From positions 9,052,001 through 9,116,000 of the forward strand of contig OZ024754.1 of assembly GCA_964016885.1 (NCBI GenBank): a stretch of DNA of 64,000 nucleotides. Reading direction: 5' to 3'. Shown piece by piece: positions 43,551 to 58,036 of this stretch. The first letter of the stretch is position 1. Each line of letters opens with the position of its first letter. The position numbers were made by a program, and so were the translations under genes. The notes beneath the pieces are model-generated. The model saw only the letters and a list, made by a program, of their open reading frames with translations, searched no databases and was not told the DNA's origin. The stretch comes from Eledone cirrhosa (Eukaryota).

Positions 43551-43852
43551 ATACACATGATATATACATAACCTATTATGTTGAAGATATCAAAATCCCA
43601 TTTTTCACATCTAAGTAGAACACCAACTCTAAATAAGACCCATGGCTCTAGAACACACTAACTATATGAACAAATAAAATTCCCTCCTCATAAACATTAC
43701 TAAATAATAGTATGTCACAGGATATATCAACACAGCATACACATCACAATACACTTGACATTTACATATTATACAGAAAACAATAAAGATATTTGGACCT
43801 ACTTAATCATACACATTAGTACATTTAACTTGGAGAAAATACAGGCACTAGT

Positions 43853-44025
43853 TTAACCCTTTACCATTTACTATCATAATTTCATGGTAAAGACTTTGTC
43901 TTGGATAATATCAAATCTAAGATTTTGAGAACAATACCTTAACATCACTATGAGCGGCCAGTTAGAGAGAGTTTAAACAGAAAGAGGTGAAAGAATTCTG
44001 GCCGGTTTAAATGCTAAAGGGTTAA
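43853..44025. mobile_element. piggyBac-like MITE (also 50806-50975 and 51412-51570)
   Basis: TTAA-CCCTTTA(G/C)CATT...AATG(C/A)TAAAGGG-TTAA termini in three related copies. Confidence 0.75.
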
Positions 44026-44029
44026 CAAT

Positions 44030-44237
44030 TACCATAGATACTTGAATATAAGCTGACCCCACTATTTTATGTCTAAGAAATGGCCAGAAATCCAAACTTT
44101 ATTTACGTAGAATTTGAAGTTGGTGAAAATCATCAAAATATTGACCCCGAATATAAGATGACCCCCCCCCCCCCCCATCCTCCAGCATCAATTTTTTGGT
44201 TACATATTCCTCGGTTTATATTCAAATATATACAGTA
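44030..44237. mobile_element. Tc1/mariner/pogo-like MITE (relative at about 54517-54703)
   Basis: Imperfect TIRs TA-CCATAGATACTTGAATATAAG...TTATATTCAAATATATACAG-TA, with internal sequence shared between the two copies. Confidence 0.6.
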
Positions 44238-44849
44238 GATTCTACAGTGGGCATATCAATCCTTCTGAAGCTCCCAACCTCCCACCCACAGAAACAACAA
44301 ATTAACAAACCAACAATGCATTGATAAGTTCATAGACTATCTAGACATGCTCCAAATCAAGTAACAAATGTCTGTATGCATTCACAACTTTCAATACATT
44401 ACTCAGTATCTCTCTCATCACATATATAAATGTGATGACTTAGGAAGCATTAGGAAAATTTGAAATGTCTGAGTTGTCACAGCACAAGTGACTATAATAA
44501 TAGTCGATCACTATGAATAATTGTTTTTACTTTTGGCACAGGGCCAGCAATTACCCAGTGCATTACTGCTACTTTATTTTATCGACCCCGTAAGGATGAA
44601 AGGCAAAGTTAACCTCGGCGGGATTTAAACTGACCATAAAGGACCGTAACTCTATGCTGCAAAGCATGGTGTCTGACTCTCTACCGATACTGAATAGTTG
44701 AGAAAATTGGGTAAAGTACCCATGAGGATAAGAAAAAATTGGAGAGAAATGCATGCAGGGAATCAAATCTCACATCTCTAGGATGCTGAATAAGTGCTGA
44801 AGAGCTGCTGCTGAGGAATCAGGTCTATGGTGCAATAAACTGTCCATAA

Positions 44850-47085
44850 CACTTTGGATATACCAAACACACTCTTTGGATACACCAAACGCACACTTTG
44901 GATACACCAAACACTCTTTGGATATACCAAACACACTCTTTGGATATACCAAACACACTCTTTGGATACACCAAACACACTCTTTGGATACACCAAACAC
45001 ACACTTTGGATACACCAAACACACACTTTGCATACACCAAACGCACACTTTGGATACACCAAACGCACACTTTGGATATACCAAACACACACTTTGGATA
45101 TACCAAACACACACATTGGATATACCAAACACACACATTGGATATACCAAACACACACATTGGATATACCAAACACACACTTTGGATATACCAAACACAC
45201 ACTTTGGATACACCAAACACACACTTTGGATACACCAAACACACACATTGGATATACCAAACACACACATTGGATATACCAAACACACTCCTTGGATATA
45301 CCAAACACACACTTTGGATATACCAAACACTCCTTGGATACACCAAACACACACTTTAGATATACCAAACACACTCTTTGGATACACCAAACACACACAT
45401 TGGATATACCAAACACACACATTGGATATACCAAACACACTCCTTGGATATACCAAACACACACTTTGGATATACCAAACACACACTTTGGATATACCAA
45501 ACACACTCTTTGGATACACCAAACACACACATTGGATATACCAAACACACTCCTTGGATATACCAAACACACACTTTGGATATACCAAACACACACTTTG
45601 GATATACCAAACACACTCTTTGGATACACCAAACACACACATTGGATATACCAAACACACACATTGGATATACCAAACACACTCCTTGGATATACCAAAC
45701 ACACACTTTGGATATACCAAACACACTTTGGATATACCAAACACACACTTTGGATATACCAAACACACACTTTGGATATACCAAACACACACTTTGGATA
45801 TACCAAACACACACTTTGGATATACCAAACACACTCCTTGGATACACCAAACACACACTTTGGATATACCAAACACACACATTGGATATACCAAACACAC
45901 ACATTGGATATACCAAACACACACTTTGGATATACCAAACACACTCCTTGGATATACCAAACACACACTTTGGATATACCAAACACTCCTTGGATACACC
46001 AAACACACACTTTGGATATACCAAACACACACTTTGGATATACCAAACACACTCCTTGGATATACCAAACACACACTTTGGATATATCAAACACACACTT
46101 TGGATATATCAAACACACACTTTGGATATATCAAACACACACTTTGGATATACCAAACACACACTTTGGATATACCAAACACACACATTGGATATACCAA
46201 ACACACTCCTTGGATATACCAAACACACACTTTGGATACACCAAACACACACTTTGGATATACCAAACACACACATTGGATACACCAAACACACTCCTTG
46301 GATATACCAAACACACTCCTTGGATATACCAAACACACTCCTTGGATACACCAAACACACTCTTTGGATACACCAAACACACTCTTTGGATACACCAAAC
46401 ACACTCTTTGGATACACCAAACACACACTTTGGATACACCAAACACACTTTGGATATACCAAACACTCTTTGGATACACCAAACACTCTTTGGATACACC
46501 AAACACACACCTTGGATATACCAAACACACTCCTTGGATATACCAAACACACTTTGGATATACCAAACACACACTTTGGATACACCAAACACACACATTG
46601 GATATACTAAACACACTCCTTGGATACACCAAACACACTCCTTGGATATACCAAACACACTCCTTGGATATACCAAACACACTCCTTGGATATACCAAAC
46701 ACACTCCTTGGATACACCAAACACACTCCTTGGATACACCAAACACACTCCTTGGATACACCAAACACACTCCTTGGATACACCAAACACACTCCTTGGA
46801 TATACCAAACACACTCCTTGGATATACCAAACACACTCCTTGGTTATACCAAACACACTCCTTGGATATACCAAACACACTCCTTGGATATACCAAACAC
46901 ACTCCTTGGATACACCAAACACACTCCTTGGATACACCAAACACACACTTTGGATATACCAAACACACACTTTGGATATACCAAACACACACTTTGGATA
47001 CACCAAACACACTCTTTGGATACACCAAACACACTCTTTGGATACACCAAAACACACTTTGGATACACCAAACACTCTTTGGACA
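44850..47085. repeat. 22-bp minisatellite, about 100 copies
   Basis: Unit ACACACTTTGGATATACCAAAC with a few recurring variants; it is the source of the long repetitive ORFs. Confidence 0.97.
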
Positions 47086-47266
47086 TGCTAAGTGCTACTC
47101 TGTAACCATACAATACATTCAGATTTTCTCCCTAAACACCATACTACCAAACACTGCATGATAGTATGTGTAGTAGTCTTCCAGACCAAATTAAAATATC
47201 ACATATCTAATTTGGTAATCAGAAGAAGTCTCTTCCATAAAATTATGATGGATATAAATCTAAATA

Positions 47267-47464
47267 CGAGGGTTAGCTGAAAAGTTCATGAGCTGACCAA
47301 GATACTCTCATAGAATGACCAAATGAGGATTATTTTTCAACATAGTCCCTGGAAAGAAACAATGCAGTTATTAATAAGTAGAGTTGATATTAATGCATGT
47401 AAAATTTCACAGCTCTAGCATCACTCTTTTATAGTCAGCTTATGAACTTTCTAGCCTACCCTCA
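47267..47464. mobile_element. Mariner-like MITE
   Basis: TA-CGAGGGTTAGCTGAAAAGTTCATGAGCTGAC...GTCAGCTTATGAACTTTCTAGCCTACCCTCA-TA. Confidence 0.7.
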
Positions 47465-48399
47465 TATAGACATTTTCAAACAAGCAGCTTTGTATCATAG
47501 AACCAGTGGAAGTCTGAGGTAAGTTAGTTTCAAACTAGTTAAACACTAAAACATTCATAGGTTGCGCTTTGGATGAAATAAACTTTTAGATTCATTTAGT
47601 TCAGATAAATAGCATATTCACGAAGTCATATGTTAAAACTGAATTTACAGGCCTATACAAAACATACATAGCACAATTTACAACAATTATTTAAATTTCA
47701 AATATGTAGTGAATATAATAAAAGATTTAAACACAAAACAAGTGCAAGTTAATTTAAATGTATGTATATTTATGTGTATGTGTGTCTAAACATGTACAAT
47801 AAGAAAAGTTCAACCATGCAACAAGTTGTGAAAGAGAAAAATTACTAAACTATAATATATTTTACTAGCACTTAGATGGTTCTAGAAAGGATAGTCAAAC
47901 TAAGAAACATATGTTCTTTTTCAATGATATTTCCTTTTCTGTTGTGAACAAAGTGGGTGGGATACTACAGTGATAAGAAACTCTCAGGAGAGCTAGACAG
48001 CAGGTCTTCAGAGAAAAGCCCCCCACCCCACCTCACATCAAGCAAGTGTTTTGACCCTTAAATTATACAGATATAAACTTCAGTCAACATTGTAGTCAAT
48101 TGTTCAATAAGTTCATTAATTAGAAAATTTGTCAAAATAATATCACTTGAATTTCTTTTAGTAGATGGTTGGATAACATCCATGAGCTCGGCTAGTTTTA
48201 CTTAGAGATCCAGCCAGATCAGTTGGAGAGGGTTGCTTCTGACAAGACCCACTGGAATGAGTGTTTGAGGATTTTGCCCCAATGACGCTCTCAGGAATAA
48301 GTGGATGAAGAAGAAAAAGAAGAATAAGTCTACAACTAACATATAATAATTAAGACTAAAAAATTAGTAACTCAGCTTTAATAATTCCTACCAATAGAC

Positions 48400-48790
48400 A
48401 TCATCATCCTCATCATTTTACATCCGCTTTTCCCTGCTTGCAAGGGTGGGACGGGTCCTATTAAGCACGGTATATCTCTATTCATCATCTCCTCCGTGAG
48501 CTTCAGCGATCTGAGGTCCGCTCTCACCACCTCCGTCCATGTTTTTTGTGGTCTTCCTCTACTGCGATTTCTTGGCACTTCTTTACCCAGCACTCATCCT
48601 CCATGTGCATCACATGTCCATATGATTGCAGTCTTCTCTCTCGCACACTACAACTTATCCCTCTTATACAGTTTCTCTCTCAACTCGTCTATGCTTGGTC
48701 ATTCATGCACATCCAACAGAGCATTCTTGCTTCATTTCTCTCCAGTCATCGCATATCCTCTGCAGTTGCTGCCCATGTTTCACTACCATG
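48400..48790 (-). mobile_element. RTE LINE 3' fragment
   Basis: RGRPQKTWTEVVRADL and a (CAT)n tail on the + strand; same family as 61958-62908. Confidence 0.8.
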
Positions 48791-51700
48791 AGGGAAACTA
48801 TTTAAAATACATATTAACCCCCAAAATATACATGCTGAGTATACAAATATTTAAACAGTGTAGATAGAAGAACTTGAGTTTAGTAACCAAAAACAATAAC
48901 TCAACACTAAATCTGTATTTCTGTTGTACACAACTGAATTTTACATACTTGACCTCTAGCAAGCAATAGTAACAAAAGTAGATGGGAAAAAAGAAATATA
49001 TACTGTATGTGGATGACATGGTCACCTGACCAAGCATTGCTCACAACAGGATAACTCATCTAACCCATGCCACCATGGAAAATGGATGTTAAACGGTGAT
49101 GATGATGATTTTAGGTGTGCCAAGTAATCCCGGTGGAAGGAAGATGCAGTAGAGGAAAACCACTCTGAAGCTCACAGAGGAGATGACGAAAGACTGTGAT
49201 GAATGGAGAGATGATGTGCTAAAGAGGATCTGTCTCACCCATGGAAGCAGGTAAAAGCAAATGTGTGATGATAATGATTCCTAGCTTCACAATACCATTC
49301 TAAATAAAAAGTCACGTCGACCCACACTGGTGTACTTTTCCTATACATATGTAGGACGGTGCAGCTATATACACTGACATCCTAAACCAAATACAAAAGA
49401 AACCCATTTGATTAATTGCTAAAGATTCAATCACCAACAGGCTTTAACCACCTACTCCATTACCACTAATAACACCAGTATCTGTGTTTTTGAATTTGAT
49501 AGCTACATACCCTTACCACCCTGGCCCATCTGATTCTCTTCACCCTATCACCTTCACAGTGGCACCTTACTAGGCTTCAAACCAAACGATGTTCCTAAAA
49601 TTTCCTCTTCGCTTTTGTAATTCTCTCAACTTGCTACAATCTATACTATACTATAAAACTGACCTTCAAATACTGAAGCTGAATATCTGAAACACAATCC
49701 CATTAATCTGGAAGGGATTATTGAAGATTATGGATGCTTCACTTCTTCCTCTGTCTATTTTCTCTTTATGGGAAATAGCAGCAGCTGTGGAAGAGTGGCT
49801 ACAATGTCTTAGAAATTGAAAACAAAAATATATTAGTGAGAATAGTGAGATTAGATTAAAGTTCTTTGTTTTGTCTTTAATCTTACTTTAAGTTGTGATT
49901 TATGAAATACTTGGAAGCTATACTAATTACTCCAACAGCCACTTCATTAAAGATTTATCAAAACTTACATGTATGTATGTATGGTCCCATAGCTCCTGAT
50001 AGAGTTGTAGGGGTGCCGTATTGACATACAACATTTCTAGGGAATTTTTAAACCAGGTGGAGTGCATCTCCTCTCCAGGTATGAGTACAGCAGCTTTCTT
50101 CCAGAGAAGGATAGAAAGTGAGAGAGAGGAAATGAGAAAGAGATATAGAGGAAGAATCGACCTCAGTACTAGACTGGTACTTTTTTTTATCCACCTTGAA
50201 GTGAAGGCAGCAAAACTTACATATATACATACTAAGCTGACACAGTGGTATCAAAGGTGGAATCATCAGCTTAATGACCTTGAATAAGGTTTTATACTTA
50301 AGATATATTTGTTATATGTTGGGCTGAGACGAGAGGACACATCAGCATCAACTAGCCTCCCTAGTTTTGGCGATTTACAAGATAAATACACCCAATACAC
50401 TCTGTAAAGGGGTTGGTGATAGGAAGAACATCAAGCTGTAGAAAAGTGGCCAAACAAATGGTCGAAAGGACTCTTCAGTTGTGTCAGACATAACAACATT
50501 CCTAGTGTTGGAGTCATGATAAAATGTGCATGGCATAGTATGTAAACGAGTTATGAGCTGTTAACTCCTTCGAGCATTCGGTAATTGCTGGAACATATGT
50601 AAGCAAGATGCCGGTTCCTGGCACATCTGTTGAATCAGTACTTCTGCTGGAATACCAACCTGGTCTGTTGACAACCTGTCCAACCCTAGCTAGCAGAGAA
50701 AGCAGACATTAAATGATGATGATATGTAAATAAATATATTATATACTACTGTTACCCAACGTTTTTCTTCAGCCATGTAGATTTGTGTGACAAGAGTGAA
50801 GTGTATTAACCCTTTAGCATTTACCTCACATAATATCAATTCTATGAGATTTTGAAATTATATATTTTGGGAACAATACTTTAACTTAAGTATGAGTAGC
50901 CAGTTATGGCCTGTTCGAACAAAGAGATGAGAGAATTCTGGCTGGGTATGGCCGGTTTAAATGATAAAGGGTTAAGTTTTGTGGTGAGATAGGATTATTG
51001 AGCACTCTCAATATTCAAGGACTGATGATTGATCACCACATCAAGGTAAATCAATTTAAGTCTGCCTTGAGAGATGACTCTCAAAGAAATAACCAACAGT
51101 TTGAAAAGCATGATTGAAAGTTCCAAAGCCTTACTAACACTGAAAGAAATGAAAATAATGGTTTCTGATTTAGGCACCAGACTAACAATTTTGGGAGAGG
51201 GAAAAGTCAATTAAATTGACCCTGTAAAGATGAAAGGCAAAGCTAACCTCAGTGGGATTTGAACTCGATGTAAAAATAATGATCAAGAATAACCATCATT
51301 TCAAATATGATTGAGAAGCAACCTAGATGTTTTATGGCAACTACATTATTTTAACCCCTTTCATACCAACCTGCACAAAACTGCCCTAATTCTATGATGA
51401 CAAACCTTGTTTTAACCCTTTAGCATTTATATTACTCTATATATACTATTGTATTTTCACAGTAAACACTTTATCTCACATAATATCGAATCTATGAGAT
51501 TTTGATATTTATTTTGAGAACAATACCTTAACATCAGTTTGAGTGGCCAGTTACAATGCTAAAGGGTTAAAGTATTCATATTTAAATTTTAACTAAAAAT
51601 GTTCTAAAAGAACATTTTTGTTAAGCTATGTACTAAATGCCAGCATAAGATGGGTATTTTATTTAAATTCCTTCAAATTGTCGATTATTTACAAAATTAA

Positions 51701-54700
51701 TTCAAAGATATAAATTCATTAGAAATATATTAAAAGTGTTAAATTTATATGTACATCCTAGTTTATTTTGACATTCTGTAGGTAACACTAATACAATGGG
51801 TCACTTCAAACAAGTTACCACTAATCATTTTGTAAAATTTTCAAAAATACACATAAAAAACATTACTGTAACAAAATATATAAATTATCTCTTCAAATAC
51901 TTTTGTATGAAATTTGCTTATTGTTGACATTTTTGTTCAAATTGAGGCCAGTCCTAATAAAACAAACCTAACAAAGGTATTATTCTAGGTGTAATCATAC
52001 ACCTGGATTGCTTTTTTGTATATCAGGAATTAGTGTAAGATGGTCAATTAAGTTGGAGGGAAATTTGACAGTGAATGATAACAGGATGAGCAACAAGGTT
52101 CACTTGTTAATAGAAAATATTCGTATTGGGCTTTCATAAATAGGACAAATATTTAGCCTTTTTAACTTTCATTACTATATTTCTAAAAGACACCCTACTG
52201 TTTTCAAATAAATTGAAAAAATAGCCAAGTACTTAAATGTATTTAGTCATGTAGCTAACTTTCTCGTCACTTATTTACCTGGTAATTAGAACATAACTTA
52301 TAGTTTATTATAAATTTTTGATTTTAGAAGAAACAATTCTGGATCAAAGAACCAGGGGCATTTTCAGGCAATTTGGTATCAACAAAGTTAAGAAGGGACC
52401 ATCATTGAACTCACAGTGTAGTCTTAAGTTTTAATTATTATGTGTTGTGTGTTCAATTAATGAATTTGCTACATTTCATATTTAATGAAAAAACAAATGG
52501 ATAAATTACACTTCATATCTCAAATAAAATTACTATATATTCATTAGAAATTTCAGTAGAATGAAGCAGCAGTAGAGGTAGACCAAGGAAAATCTGGGCA
52601 GAAGTGGTAAGAGCTGATCTCAAATCACTGAAACTCACAGAGATGACGAAGGAAAGCGACAAGTGGAGACATGCTGTGCTGAAAAGGACCCTTCCAACCC
52701 ATATGGGCGTGGAAAAAATGGACATAAAAACAATGTTCATTTTATTTATCAATTTATGGCTATATTTAAATATTTTCTGTACGATGGATAGGTTAGACAG
52801 ATTTTTATAACTGTTGCCTTTCTTTTCGTGTCTTACCCTTTCTAGCAGGGAAAATGGGCATTAAACAATGATGATAGCTGCCTAACTATATATTGTAACT
52901 TTTCTTTGTCATCATCTTGTTAGTATATACTATCACCATATGTCCATTCTACCTCTAATTTAATTACAATCCATTACCACTATTTCCATAGGACTTTGGT
53001 TTGGTTTCTACAGCTGGATGCCCTTCCTAACACCCCAATTACAGTGGGCTGTGTGCTTTTTGTTGCATCACCAACATGACCATCTTATAGGTGCTTTTTG
53101 TCCTATCACCAGCACGACCAACTTACAGTGTGGACTGGGTGCTTTTTGTCGTATCACCAGCACGACCAACTTAGTGTGGACTGGGTGCTTTTTGTCGTAT
53201 CACTAGCACGACCGGGTGCATTTTCTCGTGTCACCATCAATGTGGATTTTTGCCTCATGTCACCAACAATCACCCAACCCAATTTGCCTCAAATGGGACA
53301 ACCTGTCAAACCCATGCTAGCAGGAAAAGTGGATGTTAAACGATGACGATGTCTTCTTTTCAGTACCTTATAGCATCACTGTTGGCACCTTACAAATTTT
53401 ATACATTCACAAATTCAGAACAAGTACAAAAGATTAAAAGATTATTTTGTCATCAACAAATGTAGAATTTCTTTAGATTTTCTTCAAGCCATAACAATCT
53501 AACTACTATGTTACTATCGATGTCACTTACAATTTTTTCTCGTTTTACTGAAGTAACGTGCTTGTGATACTTTTGTTATATTCTCTGGTATGGGCCACAT
53601 TTTGTAAAAATAGCAAACTGAAGGTGTGAATTACATTGATTTTAAAATCTAGACCTAGATTATACTTAAGTCTACTGTAAAGTAATGGATTTGTGTCAAT
53701 CAGTCTAAAATGTAAAATGTTTAGTAGCCATCACTAGTTGTAGTGTCTATATCATAGATAACCAAATTCTTTTTGTAATGGCCCACTTTTAATTACTTTT
53801 ATCGATAGTTTTTCCTATTGACCCATATCATCATCATTTAACGTCTATCTTTTACGATGATGATGATATATATATATATATTACGTCCCACTCTTGCAAG
53901 CAGGGAAAAGTGTGCGTAAAATGATGATGATGATATGTCCCAACTTACAAGTAAGAATTTAAAACAACCCATTGCCTACCTGTCGCTAATACTTGACCTA
54001 CATAGTATTAAAAAGGAAGCTTCTACTCAGGCACTCATCCTGCTAGAAATAGCAGCCAAATTTCCCTTAAACCACAACTGACTGTCTTTAAAACAATCTT
54101 TAAAAACATGGACCAAGATGATCACAGCAGGAACTGTTTTATCAGTTCTGACCTCAAACTAAACAATGCTAACAAGTTTACATTTGTAACAGCAATAAAA
54201 CAATAATTAAAGTAACACTATATTCTTGAATACTTAAATTCTTCTAAATATATTTTTAAAAAAACATCTAAAAACTATATAATGATATAAATGAGGATAC
54301 ACTGAAATATCTTGTTTCAAAAAAAGTATCAGTTCAGTACTGGGAGTTGATTCTTCCTCTAGATCTCTTCTTCGCCTTCTCTGGAAGAAATCGGCTATGT
54401 TCAAATTTGGAACAGAGATGGGCTCCACCAGATTTAATATACCCAAGAAACGCTATATGTCTTTATGGCACCTCTATCACTCCATCAGGAGTTACAGGCT
54501 CATACATATATTGAAATACTGTATATACTGGACTATAAGCCAACCCCCAACCTATTTTATGTCTGAGAAATGGGCAAAATCCAAACCCTGTTATAAGCCG
54601 AGGCAATTAATCAACACATTGTTAGATGATGAATATAAGCCAACCCCCATTTCACCACCGATTTTTTTTGTCACATATTCCTCAGCTTATATTCGAGTAT

Positions 54701-55776
54701 ATTGTTTCTTTTTGTTGTTGTGTGTGTAGTCATCAGAATCTTTAGTGATGGAAGTATCTCAGTTCATACCTGCAGCTTTTCCCATCCCATCCACCAGAGC
54801 TCAAAAAGACAAACTCTACTGAACCGTCACAACACCTATGTGAACCTAGGTAAGTTGAGCCAATGAACTTGCTCAACTTGCTAGAAATAGGAACTAAATC
54901 TTTTAAATCACACCCTACTTACGTCTTATAAAAGGAAGGAGACAATGGATAACAAAGTCTTTACATACTGTGTCTGAAATAAAAAAGATGGGATGGTTAT
55001 TGATGGATTATATTTGTTCAGTCAATGATCACCAACCATGTAGATATTGCTGCTGAAAATCAACAATAACCACCCACACATCTAACTAATTACAAACCTT
55101 TGCCTTTTTACAATCATTGTCCCTCCGTTTTCTCTTTTTTCTTTCATTCTTTTAAGTAATATATAACTTACAAGAGAGAACTATAAAAACAACTTTTGTT
55201 ATATTATAGAAATCCTATATCAAGAAATTATGGCAAACTAAACGTTAAGAGGGATGGGGGATGGGGGAGTGGGTGGGGGTGGCGAGAGTTGTAAACAAGC
55301 TCAGAATAATTAATAGTAGAAACTTTAGATAGAAGTTGTAGTAAAAAAGTTTTATATCAAATAATAGAGCTGGTGTACTTGCTGTGTATGAGCAAACAGA
55401 AAACTAACTGGAATAAAAAGTTTTGAAAAACGTCAGATATTAAACAAAGGAGAAAATTCGTAAAGCAACAGTTAACTAGTTATGTAAAAACCGTTTTCTT
55501 TTTTTTAAACTCCAAAACATGAATGACCAATAAAATAATTTGATGGGGTTTTTTTTTAAGCTATAAAACAGGGTTAAGAAATTTTCAATTTAAAGGTATG
55601 AGGACTTGAAAATTTCTGAGTTTGTCGTAAGCATGGCTAGTTAGTAGAGGCTAGGGACGGGGGTTGCTGTCAAAATATAAGTTATATTAGCCCCTGCACA
55701 GACAAGTTATGTAATTCACCCACTAACTCCCATATATGTTTTTTGTAATGGGAGTAGGAGTTTTGTATCATGCAAT

Positions 55777-55825
55777 GAGATTCCTGATGATTTCTAATGA
55801 ATGAAACAGTTCTAGTCCTGTAGAA

Positions 55826-55829
<4 letters not shown>
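55777..55829 (+). ncRNA. Type I hammerhead ribozyme motif
   Basis: GAGATTC-CTGATGA-TTTC-TAAT-GAAT-GAAA-CAG-TTCTAGTC-CTG-TA-GAATCTC, with a 7-bp stem I and a looped stem III. Confidence 0.82.
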
Positions 55830-55870
<41 letters not shown>

Positions 55871-55977
55871 GAGGTTATATTTAATTTGTTGGGATTCAAC
55901 ATTCCTATCCAGGAAGCTCCAACCGTTAAGGTCTTTTTTTTCCGGGTATGTCAATATTTATTTATAAACCAAATCTG

Positions 55978-56043
55978 TATTTTATCTGATGAAAGCGCAC
56001 CATAATTTGCATTGGTTGCCCTTGAAATATGTATAATAAAATA
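55978..56043 (+). ncRNA. Type I hammerhead motif in pLTR-like element 55866-56090
   Basis: TATTTTAT-CTGATGA-AAGCGCACCA...TGGTTGCCCTT-GAAA-TATGTA-TA-ATAAAATA. Confidence 0.78.
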
Positions 56044-56151
56044 AATATAGTTTTATAAATATAGTTTCCATTTATTAATATATTGTATTATATATATATA
56101 TATATATATCATTATTTTGTAAAACTTTAAAAATCTTTATAGCTGTTCATA

Positions 56152-56345
56152 ACACATTCACACACTGAAAGAGTGTGTGTATAGACATTCACACACTGAA
56201 TGAGTGTGTGTATAGACATTCACACACTGAATGAGTGTGTATAGACATTCACACAGTGAAAGAGTGTGTGTATAGACATTCACACACTGAATGAGTGTGT
56301 ATAGGCATTCACACACTGAATGAGTGTGTGTATAGACATTCACTA
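56152..56345. repeat. 30-32-bp tandem repeat, about 6 copies
   Basis: Unit ACATTCACACACTGAATGAGTGTGTGTATAG with an internal dyad. Confidence 0.9.
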
Positions 56346-57328
56346 CATACATACGCAGACATTAGAGATAGAATTTCACCTGTTATTTCAACTTCCTTTA
56401 TAGTCTGCCAAGTCGGAGGTATTCAATTGTCAGGCTTAATTCCCTAAATACAAGAGTAGAGGGGCTATGTTTGTTTCTTAAAGATATCCTAATAAAACAA
56501 CCCCCATTTCTGTCACACATACGTACACACTTAACCCGATCAAAGATGAGATATTAGAGCTGGTGACTTATCCACGCTGACAGAAAAAAATATCAGGTCA
56601 AGACTTAAACGCAAGTAAATACAGACAAGCACACACGTATATACACGTAGGTAAGAAACGTGTACTGTTCTTAAAACGATTTATAAATCAGAAAGAGGAA
56701 GAAAAAAGTAGGACACACCCACTGTTTTGTTGTTTTATATAGAAGAAAAGAACCGTCTTTTATTTTAATTTTTAAAAAAATTACACGGAACACACGATTA
56801 AAAAAATATATATTTACAACACTGAGTTCCTCTTACCAACAATAAACCATTTTTTGTAATTAAAAATATAGGTGTGGTGGGTAAATGAATTTAAATAGCC
56901 CCAACTAGAAGACACACAAAAAAAAAAAAAAAAACGACAAATCGTAGTCCCGACCAGCAGAGAATTTAAGTTAAATTCAATAATAATTTATTTTCGTTTA
57001 AGAACAATGCAACAGCAATGATATGTCTTGCATAAGAGCTACGTTGTGATAATTCTAGGAATACTACAATAAAAATACCACAACTGCACGTTAAGAGAGC
57101 GCTAATAATATTTTCATACATTGTAACGTCTACAAATTTATGTAGGAAGCATACAACCGACTGCAGGACTTATTTTTTAATCGACCCTGGAACGATTTGA
57201 TACACAAAATCGAACTGGGGATATTTAAACTTTTAAAAATACAGAAAAAAAGGGGGGGGGGGGACACCAAAACAAAAAAAATAGTGTCAAACATTCAATG
57301 ACTTAGAAATAAAAAATATTCACAATAA

Positions 57329-57359
<31 letters not shown>

Positions 57360-57990
57360 TAACAATGCGGGCAAACTAGGAGAGAATGGCACTTAGTCGT
57401 CTTATCTCCCACCCTAACCTTATTGGTGGAGGAAAAAAATGTATGAGCGCCGGAGAGAATATGATAAATGAATGACTTAAAACCAATGAAGTTAAATTCT
57501 AGCAATTATTGCTGAGAGCAAAATGTAATGGAGGAAGGGGTAGGAATATGGTGGATTTTTGATTTTTGTCCCCCTTTCTCGGTTTTTCTAATTAGTGTAT
57601 TTCGGTGTTTTAGTATAATAATGGTTTCTTATATAAGCACAAGGCCAGCAATTTTTTTTGGTGGTGGTGGTGGTGGTGGTGGGGGGGGGGGGGGGGGGAG
57701 AGTCGATAAAATCGATCCCCAGTGCGTGACTGGTTCTTTTATTTTATCGACCCCCCCGTAAGGATGAAAAGCAAAGTTAACTGGATAGAGTACAGGCGGA
57801 AGGTATAGTATATGCGGTGGAAGGGAAGGGTTATAACACAGTTCTGCTTTTACGCCATACACTACCAACATGATAGGTGTGGGGTGTAGATATAAATGGA
57901 GATATTTATGGAGTATATATATATATATATAGATATATCTCATCATCATCACCGTTTAACGTCCATCTTCCACGCTAGCGTGAGTTGGGC

Positions 57991-58036
<46 letters not shown>

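Noticed and set aside
42750-43618. ORFs of 240-279 aa
   Set aside because: Translations of the 24-bp minisatellite.
44770-47161. Long ORFs of up to 761 aa, and a CRISPR-like appearance
   Set aside because: These are translations of a 22-bp minisatellite in many frames. There are no unique spacers and no cas genes, and the context is eukaryotic.
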